Shown here: positions 54,165 to 64,000 of the stretch, piece after piece
Layout: each line of letters starts with the position of its first letter
How positions within the stretch are numbered: the stretch's first letter is position 1
Assembly (NCBI RefSeq): GCF_009914755.1
Contig: NC_060927.1
Length of the DNA: 64,000 nt
Reading direction: 5' to 3' (one strand)
From: the human T2T-CHM13v2.0 reference genome, Homo sapiens
Notes under the pieces: generated by a model
Seen by the model: the letters and a program-made list of their open reading frames with translations, nothing else
Databases searched by the model: none
What the model was told of the DNA's origin: nothing
Translations under genes and position numbers: made by a program

Positions 54165-55234
54165 CTCCTCTTAACGAACTTTTCATCACAATGTTATCCT
54201 TTTCTTTCTTTTCTCTTTGACTTTAACTTTTGAAACAATATCATCTTTCTATAGATGATGAGTTAGAGTGATCCTGAAATCAAAATTATAGAATTCCATA
54301 AGGTCATGGGAATCAAGCTCACACAGAAGCTCTGCTAATATTTGTCAGATTCTCACCTTGCCCTGGTCCAAACCAGCAGGAGACAGGCTCCCCTGGCAAT
54401 TGCCCACTCCACTGTGTGTGGCTTACTAACACTTATGCCCTAGAGAGGGCAGTTGCTTAGTCTTCTGTTTCCTAGAGCTTGCATTTAAAGATGAGAAGAA
54501 CTTGAAGTTAGAGCATAAAAGGAAAAAAAAAGATGAAGAATATTTTCTTGGTGCCAGACACTGGAGAACACACGGGGATATTAGGAAGGAGAAATGCAAA
54601 GGCAGAAAGCCAGGCTGAAAGAAGCTTTGGATGCCATCTGACAGGCCTTTTGAATGCGCAGTTTTGGTTGTCTTCCCAGCTGCACCACATACCCCTACAT
54701 CCCTCTGTACATTGCTGGAGGAGCAGGAAAGCATCCCTTGGAAAAAAAAATCCCAGTGCACTCAGAGAATAAGGGGAAGTCATGATTAAGGTTATGAGAG
54801 AGATACTAGCCAAGGGGTAGTGGAGGTTACAGCTGTGTGGACAAAATGTCCAGACAGGAAGAAAGTACATGCAAATGGAACCAAAATGGGCTTCTGTTTC
54901 TCAGCTGTAGACAAATGTCCTCTCTGCTAACCTTTTGCCCTCAGCTTACTTTGGCTGCTTGCCTCTGAATTATGTTAAATGTTTCTCTTTTATCTCATAT
55001 TTGGGTTTTCATAAGCCCTGATATTTGCACAACCATTAGGGTTTAAATAGGATACCTGACACATCTATTATGAGCAATGTTTGAAGGAACAAAATCCATC
55101 ATTTCAAGACTGGTTAAGAAGAAGTGCTATAACTAAAGTGCTAGGGTGAAGGAAAGATGCAAACATGTTATTGTTAACTGTGATAGTATTTTTTTAATAT
55201 TTTACTTCAGAAATTTTAATGGAGGAACAATATA

Positions 55235-55465
55235 GCCACTACCTTTATCAAGAGCTTAGCAGGGCAGGTACCGTGGAAGGTACTTCATGAAGATTATCTC
55301 TTTACGGTGTGCAACAGTAATGAGAAAGTTCTATGATAGCATCATTTTGTAGATCCTTATATGACTGAAGGAAGTCACTTTACTGAGGTCCCACAGTTTG
55401 CAAATCATATCTAAAGCTCAAATGTAGGTTAGCCTACTTCCTAATTGTATCCTTTTACATTGCGT
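55235..55465 (-). mobile_element. MIR
   Basis: catcattttgtagat...gactgaagg...tactgaggtcccacagtttgcaaat. Confidence 0.55.
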
Positions 55466-55697
55466 TACGTATTTCCTCTGTTTATCTAATACCTTTGACT
55501 TTATAGATAAACTCAGAGAATTGTGTAGTATAGAAAATCTCTTCTCAGATTATTTGACAATAAAGGCAAGATCTAATTACATTTGATTTCAATATTGCAA
55601 GAGTTGGAGCTCCCCACATTTTGCCTTTCAAAAGTCATTTGGGTTTGTTCCACTCAAATCTCATTATTCTCTAATCTTTTTATTCTTTAAAGCAGAT

Positions 55698-56167
55698 TGT
55701 AGTAGGTTGAATAGTGGTCCCCCAAAAGATATATCCAAGTCCTTACCCCCAGTACCAGTGAATGTGACCTTATTTGGAAAAGGGGCTTTTGCAAAGGTAA
55801 TTAATTTAAGGATCTTAAGATGAGATCATCCTGGATTAACGCTGAATCCTAAATCCAATGATGTTAATAAGAGAAAGGGAAGGGAGATTTGAGACACACA
55901 GATACAAAAACACAGAAGACAAGGCCATGTGAAGACAGAGGCAGAGACTGGAAATAAGCTGCCACATGCTAAGGAAAGTCAGGAGTTACAAGAAGCTAGA
56001 AGAAGTAAGGAAAGTTTTCCCACTAGATCCTTCAAAGGGAGTGTGGCCCTGCCAATACCTTGATTTTGGAATTCTGGCCTCCAAAATAGTGAGATAACAC
56101 CTTTCTGTTGTTTTAAGCCATGCACGTTTGTGATTATTTGTTGTGGCAGCCCTAGCAAACTAATACA
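55698..56167 (+). mobile_element. MLT1C-type MaLR LTR
   Basis: tgtagtaggttgaatagtggtcccccaaaagatat...gtgaatgtgaccttatttggaaaa...gcagccctagcaaactaataca. TSD cagat/cagac. Confidence 0.9.
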
Positions 56168-56585
56168 CAGACGTAGTTAGTTGATGGTGCAGATGTCAAG
56201 ATAGTTTGGCAAACATTACTGAGAAAAACTGTGTGATTAATGACTGCAACTATGTCTCAGGGATACATTTTTGTAGTTTAGTTTCCTACTGATGCAAACT
56301 GAGAAATCATAAAGTGTTATAATATTTATTACTAAAAATCTAAAAGTCCAATTGACGTTCAGGGCTTCAATATAATATTCAGTGTGGTCCCAAATGGTTT
56401 CTTTTCTAGTACGGGAACAGAATGAAAACTCATGGTCCCTGTGCTTTGAGGGTAAAAATTCAGGCCAAGGCTAAAGAGTATTTCATTGTAATTGAATATT
56501 CATCATTATAGTGATACAAGCAACAAATTTTCACTAAAACTAGTAATAAAAATAATATCAAGTTCATACAAATAATCTAAGCAAA

Positions 56586-56858
56586 TGTATATATGTATAC
56601 TTACATATATACACATATACATATATACACATATACATATATACACAATTATGCATACATACACTATTATGCATACATACATGAAACCAAATGTGTGTGT
56701 GTATATATATGTGTATATATATATATACACACACACACGTAGGTGCATATATATATATACATATATATACATTTGGTTTGATGTCTATATATACATGTAT
56801 ATGCATATATAAACATATATACATAAGCATGTATATACATATATGTATATATGTATGT
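56586..56858. repeat. Degenerate (TA)n/(CATA)n/(TG)n simple repeat
   Basis: Directly visible; it explains the YI-rich ORFs in the track. Confidence 0.93.
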
Positions 56859-57209
56859 ACTTTTATACCATTTTTATACTATTTCTTGCCCATTTGATTG
56901 ATTTCTTATGAAAGGTCAATAGGGAAACAAATGAATATGGAATCCCTACTGGTATCTGGTAGATTTTGCTCTTCTGATAAAACCCAGGAATACCCCTTGG
57001 CAATTCTCTCTGGACCCAATTCAAGATTTATAGCTGATTGCCTGTAGAGCTCTGGACTTGGGTTCTGAAAATTCATAGAATCACACATGGGTGGCTTCCT
57101 AGTAGCTCCTACATACGTGAGAAATTGTCAATGCAGAGTACCTGGGACAAGACTGACATGAAGTAGGGACCCCAATTGACACCAGTAGTTGAAACTAATG
57201 TGACTGTTC

Positions 57210-57288
57210 TAGTGATGGTAGTAATAGTAGCAGTAGTAGTAGTAGTAGCAGTGGGTAGTAATAGCAATAGTAGTAATGGTGGTGATAG
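57210..57288. repeat. (TAG)n-like low-complexity tract
   Basis: gtagtaatagtagcagtagtagtagtagtagcag. Confidence 0.85.
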
Positions 57289-58271
57289 ATACTATGGTGA
57301 GAAAAGATCTGAATATTCATTACGGTTTGTCCAAATCTTATGGAATTCTCTTATATAAGAAAGAAGCCCTAAAGAAAGAGAGCTAACTCCCTGTCTTAGT
57401 GTTTCCATGGATATTGAGAATCTCTTCAAACCCAGAAAGGTACCACCTCAGGCAACTGAGATCAATAATAAATTTTCTGGATCTATTGAAATAATTCTTC
57501 ACCTATCTCCATATGAGGACTGTATTTATGATCAGGTCAGAAGCAAGATTCAGTCCTTACAGACTGGCCATGGTAGCAGCCCTTTATCCCATCCCAGTCC
57601 CCAGTCTCACACCCTTACACAGCATGATAGAATAACATTATGGGTTACTCCTGCTGCCAGACATTTCCTTGGCAGAACCACACCTTTGACAGGAAATAGA
57701 ACTGAGTGAAGATTCACATACATTCTCAAAGGCTTAGCAACATCACACACTAGCCTCAGCAGAGCCCGTGATCCACTCTGACACGCAGCAGCTGAGTCAG
57801 CCTGCTGTGGAGAGCTTAGAGTGCTTAATCGTTCCTGGGGGAATTATCTCCTCTAGCAACAATCAGTAACATAACTGCCAATGGTAGAAAGTTATAGCTG
57901 CTCACACATGCGTAAAACAAATTTTCCTTTCAGGCTGGCCTTGGTATGTTACAGGAATAACCCAATGGGGGTGTTCTTTGGGTCTCCTTCTAGTTTTCTG
58001 GCATTATAGAGAAGACAACCAGGGTTGGCTCTACTGATAGGCCATTCAGACTTTGGGGTGAGGAGCTAGCAATAGGGTGGCAGTACTGGTTCCAGTTGGT
58101 CCTTTGGTTATGGCTGCATATTCAGAGTTTAAGAGAGGATTTACCTCTAAGGTATAGCAGTCATAAAGAAACATGATAACAGGGCAATTAAAAATCTGTG
58201 ACCCCAGAGCTCAAAGAAAGACAGATGAGCCAGAAGTCCTGATGATCAGCATCATGTGAGCAGATATTATA

Positions 58272-58652
58272 TGCTATGTACTGAATTGTGTCCCTCCAAA
58301 ATTCCTAGGTTGAAGCCCAGATGCCCAATGTGATGGTATTTGGAGATGAGGCTTTTGGGTGATAATTAGGTTAAAATGAGGTCACAAGGCTGAGGCTATT
58401 ATGGTGGGACTAGTGCTCTTTTAAGAGGGGACACCAGAGAGTTTGCTCACTGTCTCCACACACACGCAGAAGTCATGGGAGGATCTAGGAAAGTGGTGGT
58501 CATCGACAAGCCAGAAAGAGCCCTCATCGGAACCTGAGCATGCTGGCACCTCGATCACGGACTTCTAGCCTCCAGAACTGTGAGAAAATACATCCTGCAA
58601 ATTAAATCCCCCAGTTTATGGTATTTGATTATAGCCCACAGCTGATGGATAC
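58272..58652 (+). mobile_element. MLT1A-type MaLR LTR
   Basis: tgctatgtactgaattgtgtccctccaaaattc...gatggtatttggagatgagg...catgctggcacctcgatcacggacttctagcctccagaactgtgagaaaata. Confidence 0.88.
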
Positions 58653-60000
58653 AACGTAGTAACTATTTTTTAAAATAAATGGGATTATTTAGTTATATTA
58701 AGTAGGTGGGCTTTTAGAAGTCATATATATAGCAGCCATAGTTACCACAACTAATTATGAGAAAATAGAAAATGTTTATCTCTGGTCTCTTCAGGAATCC
58801 ATCCATCCATCTTCACCTAGATGACTCCAAAAGTAAGCCTGTCTAAATTCCAGAGTTACTCAAATAATCACCCCCTGCCGACTTCTGTGTCCATTATCAC
58901 AGACATGACCATAAGCAATGGGCAGCTAAGTCCTCAATACTATGTGTTATCATCAGAATGACTTTTGTTCCGAGGTGAAATTCTTGAATATATAATTTGG
59001 TGCAATTTGAAGCAATTTTCCTATGTTTTGAAAAATATAAAATGTCTCCTGGATTGTTCTATGAAGACTAAATTTCTGTGACTATTTTCCCATCTGCTTT
59101 TCAAGTCTCTCATCCCCTGATCTGGATCTGTCTTCCACAGCCCAAACAGCATAAAGACTCGGCTATCAGGCCAAAAAAATTAAAGAAAAAAAGACTGATG
59201 TCATTCAAAGAGTGACATTTTAGTTTTTGTTACTAGAATACCTTAAAGAATTAGATCTGATTTGCATTGATATTTGCCAACTGAATTATTGAAGTTTTTT
59301 TTTTCTTTTTCTCTTCCCATCATCAGATTTTAACACTGCAGTCAACTGCAGACAAAGCCGCAATCTTGTGACTTCACAGAGCCTCATGGGCTTTTGAGTT
59401 GACCAACTTGAGAAAAATTTCTGACTTGATGCATGAAATGAAACGAAGGCAGGTGACACATAAAGGAAATGACAAGGTATTTTTTTTTTGCCAAGGAGTT
59501 TGCTTCTCACAAAGTTTCTTAAGTGACATGGGGTAATTTTATTGGCATGTCTTTTATGGGCAGAAAGACCCCATTTGAATTACCTATTGAGGTTCCTCTT
59601 TTTTATTAGAATGAATTGCAGCCTCAGTGTACTGGGAGACTTGCAAATGAATATGCCAAGAGAATGATGAGGATTTCAGAAATGTGTGCACATTTTAAGT
59701 GATATGTTAGACTCAAACATCATTAGAATGTAGATAGAAAAAGACAAAGTGGGAATTTCTGTGCAGTTGTTACTTCTAAACCTCTTCATCTAAAGTGACA
59801 GAAATTCTAACCAAACAAATGTGATAGTGCATATATATCAAGATATTTTTATAAACACACACACACACACACAGTCACTGAAACATTTCCTGTTGATTTC
59901 TTATTATTGCACAGGAAGAATCTCAAATGCTCCTATATTTGTGCTTGGTAGAAACAGTATACAACCTTGACTATCTCAAAAAGAAGTGTTTTCTCTAGTG

Positions 60001-60189
60001 CAGGGGTTCTGTAAGTTTACTTTGCATCAGAATCACCTGAAGGGCATGTTAAGCTACATTTTTGGGCCCCACACCTAGAGTTTCTGATTCATGTAGGTCT
60101 GGTGTGGAGTCTGATAACTTGCATTTCTGACAAGTTTCTAGGTGATGCAGATGCTGCTGGTTTAGGAATTATACTCTAAGAACCAATGT
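60001..60189. mobile_element. MER5A
   Basis: caggggttct...gcatcagaatcacctgaagg...tttctgattca...ggtgatgcagatgctgctgg...aagaaccaatg. Confidence 0.85.
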
Positions 60190-60319
60190 TTTGGACTATC
60201 CAGAAACTCTGGTTTTATTAGCAAGCGGAGTGCTTTCCAGTCTTGAAGTTAGTTCTTTCTACTATCTAACCAAAATGATTGTAATTTAAGTCTTTATTGT
60301 GTTCTGTGGAACTTAATAA

Positions 60320-60700
60320 CAACAACAAACACTTGAATAATGCTTTTTCATTAATAAATCACTTCCGTATGGATTATTTCACTTTAGGCAAATCAACGTT
60401 TATGGTAGGTGAGTAGGCATTCGATTATTCATGTTTTACAGACGGAAAGTAGAGGGTTTAAAGAACTTACTTAAACCCATATAAAAGTAAATTATGGACA
60501 GCAGGGCTTTCTGACTCCAAAGTCTGTATTCTTTCTATCAAATCATTCTTCCTCTCAATTCTTTACATTTGTAGAGAGACATACATTTTTCAAACTAGTT
60601 TCATATTCATTATCTCATTTGATCCCTGAAAGCAACAGTCTGAAGCAGGCAGGGCACATATTATTGTCTACATTTTGCAGATAAAGCTATTATAAAAGAT
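60320..60700 (-). mobile_element. MIR fragments (two)
   Basis: ttttacagacggaaagtagagg...tctgactccaaag; cattatctcatttgatccc...attttgcagataaag. Confidence 0.65.
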
Positions 60701-61030
60701 GATGAGAAAAGTAGCTACTGTCATTCAGACTGCATCTCTTTGTACACTAGGCAACATTTTTCCTCCAACATTTAGTAGCAGCATCTGATGTAGCAGGTAC
60801 AGCATTAGATGCTGTTCTTTCCAGTGATAAGTATTCAATGACAAAGTATTATAACCCCACCCCCACTCCCCACCAATATTTTTTTTTTTCTCTTTTCATG
60901 GTAGAAATGCATTTGAAGGGAAAGGAGGTGGGGATGAACTTTAGTGTTACCAGATTGGTAGGAACGTGGGGAAAGGTCCCTAACTGCTATACTTCGAATA
61001 CTAAGGACAGCAGCTTTCTCCACCTGTAGT

Positions 61031-61215
61031 CCAGGGCTTTTCAAAATTTAATGAGCACCTGGGGATCTTGAGGAAATGCAGATTTTCATCCAGTGGGTCA
61101 GGGATGGGACCCAATATTCTGCATTTCCTTGTCTCTTCTACCACTTCTTCCAGGAGCAATATTCTGTATTTCCACAGTGATGCCAATTCTGATAGTCAGA
61201 GTCCAACCTTGTAGC
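61031..61215. mobile_element. MER5-type element
   Basis: cacctggggatcttgaggaaatgcagatt...gggatgggacccaatattctgcatttc. The segment attctgcatttcc/attctgtatttcc is duplicated. Confidence 0.72.
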
Positions 61216-61429
61216 CAAGGAAAAACCTTATTTCTCAAAACTATTATTATTTTCATTCTCTGAACCACCTCTCAATCTCTAGGCTGAAACAGAAAAATTG
61301 AAAATATAAAACATTGTAATAATATTCGGTGAGTACTACACACATTGTGGGACTTACCTAGGTGTTTCTCTGTGCTAGACTGCTTATGTATCCCACAATC
61401 TTCCAAACTATTTTGTTCTGAAGATCCTG

Positions 61430-61575
61430 GATGATGCTCAAACTGTGGCCCATAGAGCAGCAGTGCTCACATTACCTGAGTGCTTGTCAGAAAAGCAGAA
61501 TTTCAGGCCCCACCCAGACCCACTGAATCAAAATCCACATTTTAATAAGATTCTTCAGATCATTTCCTAGCACCG
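61430..61575. mobile_element. MER5A-like element
   Basis: gcttgtcagaaaagcagaatttcaggccccacccagacccactgaatcaaaatccacattttaataagat. Confidence 0.78.
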
Positions 61576-62075
61576 TCGTAACAGAAGTCCTTCCAATCGT
61601 CTTGGCAATCCCCCTGTAATTATAGTGTCATCATTCTGTTCACCTGGCTTATAATATAACTCCCTGAGAGGCTTTACTTCTACAGAATCCTAAAATTCAC
61701 AAAAGAGATAATTTAAGTGTGAGATTGGCTAAGGAATCTGTATTGTTCAATACCTTTGCTTCTGCTCTGGGTAATTCCGATGATCAGCCAAATTTGTAAA
61801 TCCAGCGGCCATCTAATATTGGCCACAAAAGTTATGCTACAGGTGGCCACCACCAGAAGGGTTTTATAGTAAATTACAGGAAGTATTATAAAACTTCCAG
61901 CTCTTGTAACGGGGGCTCCTTCTTCTGTTTGACTCAACTTATTAACTGTCAGAGTGGGACTGAACCCTTCCCTAACACACCCTCACCCCCACTATAGCAC
62001 AAGTTTATTGGCGTGATAGTGTTGAGATCCTTGTCACCACATACATAAAGAAAAAAAAAATCCTTTCCCAGATAA

Positions 62076-62450
<375 letters not shown>

Positions 62451-62562
62451 TAAAGATGTACATTATATAGTACTGTAAAACTATAGTTTATGAAGACTCT
62501 GTTCTTTAAGTGTAAGCTTTAAGCAGGTTGCAACAGAGTCTGACTTTTCCCTGGAATAACTA

Positions 62563-62760
62563 ATTCATTTATTCCTTCAGAAAATATTTATTGAACACTT
62601 AGTCTGTGCCAGGCACTACAATGGGAACTAAGGACATGCAGGTGGCTGCTTTCATGAGGAAAATAGACAGTAAAAAAGTAAACAAATGTTTAAAACAATT
62701 ACTGAGTGTGATAACTGCTGAGAGGAAAAGAACAATTGCTGATAATAAATGGGTGATAAA
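62563..62760 (-). mobile_element. L2 3' end
   Basis: attcatttattccttcagaaaatatttattgaacacttagtctgtgccaggcact. Confidence 0.75.
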
Positions 62761-63204
62761 AGACTATGAAAGGGCTAGCTACAAGAATGTTGAGATTTGG
62801 GAGGATTCGCCATAGAACATTGGAAAATGATGCAAGTGGGATGGAAGCAGGTCAGCACATCAGAGTAACTCAAGGCAAGAAGAATCTGAATTGGACCTAG
62901 ACAGAGAACTTTCCTGAAATGTCCAGAATCTTCTTGGCAATAAATTACTGAAACTATTAGTTGGATAGGCTTAAGTTCTATAATTCTATTGTATCATTTG
63001 TAATTTTCTTTCTATTCACTCATGGTTTATTATCAGTGTGTATTTAGTTTATACTTCATGATATAAGTTAGGTTACTTCCCACTAATATTTCTATTTTTT
63101 TAGAATGAAATCCTTAATTCAATAACTTGGTTGATTGATTGAACACCTGTAATATGCCAATTAATATCTTGAAAATATGCACATGAATAAGGCATAGTTT
63201 ATGC

Positions 63205-63397
63205 TTTTTTTTGAGACAGAGTCTCACTCTGTTGCCCAGGCTGGAGTGCAGTGGCATGATCTCGGCTCACTGCAAGCTCTGCCTCCTGGGTTCATGCCAT
63301 CCTCTTGCCTCAGCCTCCTGAGTAGCTGGGACCACAGGCGCACGCCACCACACCCAGCTAATTTTTTGATTACAGGTGTGAGCCACTGCACCCGGCC
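63205..63397 (-). mobile_element. AluY-like element with most of the left arm deleted
   Basis: Right arm with ctgcaagctc...gttcatgccat, then ctaattttttg joined directly to attacaggtgtgagccactgcacccggcc. Imperfect TSD agtttatgc/agtttttgc. Confidence 0.9.
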
Positions 63398-64000
63398 AGT
63401 TTTTGCATTTTTATAGATCTTATAAACTAGGGGGAGAATGAATGAGCACATAGTTAAAATGCAGTTTTATTAATTTTACGATGTTCCTTCCTGGAGGAAG
63501 TGTCATCTTGAAGGTCTTGCAAGAATAAGTTATACTGGTAAAATGATGGTACGAATGAGATAAGCAGTCATGTATCAAGTAGAAAGCCAGAATTGTGAAG
63601 GCCAAAAAGCAAGTGAATAAAGTACACTCTTGAAATATAAAAGGAGTATAATTTCAAGAGTGTTCCAGGGATAGGATGATCACTTGAATTAGGCATTTAA
63701 TGTCATGTTAAGTAGTTTGAACTTTATTCCAAAAGTGCTGGGAAATAGGAAAATTAAGCAAAAAAAAAAATTAACCTGACCATTTCCATACTTAGAAATA
63801 GTAGCAAAGGGTCCAACTGGAAAACTGATGAAAGGCAGGTGAGAGGAAATATTGGCTGAACTACATTGTGACAATGAAAATAAGGAAAGTGAATGAATTA
63901 GTAGTTTCCAAGGAAAATACTCAAGATAATGTGTGAAATTAATCATTGCTGGGGCAAAGGAAGAAAAAGAGACCAGGATCATTCTTACCTTTCTGGCTCA

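Overview
This is AT-rich, CpG-poor mammalian DNA from a simian primate, most likely human or another catarrhine, judged from the AluY/AluS/AluJ, THE1B, MSTA, MLT2A and L1PB content. It reads as intronic or intergenic sequence dense in decayed transposons: L1, L2, L3/CR1, MIR, Alu, MaLR/ERVL/ERV1 LTRs, and the DNA transposons MER5, MER20, Tigger4 and MARNA. I can support no protein-coding gene, RNA gene, CRISPR array or prokaryotic-type system. The supplied ORFs are explained by L1 ORF2 remnants, Alu/LTR read-throughs, simple repeats or chance. I found no previously undescribed biological system. The most notable observations are structural: (1) a trimeric Alu next to a ~120-bp micro-inversion of L1 bounded by a 17-bp inverted repeat; (2) a three-layer L1/L1/THE1B nest truncated by a deletion; (3) AT-rich hairpins that arose inside simple repeats. 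Other candidates are a possible terminal exon with a 32-aa basic ORF at 29978-30089 and several motif-dense stretches with no recognisable repeat that may be enhancers. Repeat subfamily names come from my recall of consensus sequences and need RepeatMasker/Dfam confirmation. Boundaries of old L2/MIR/L3 fragments are approximate.
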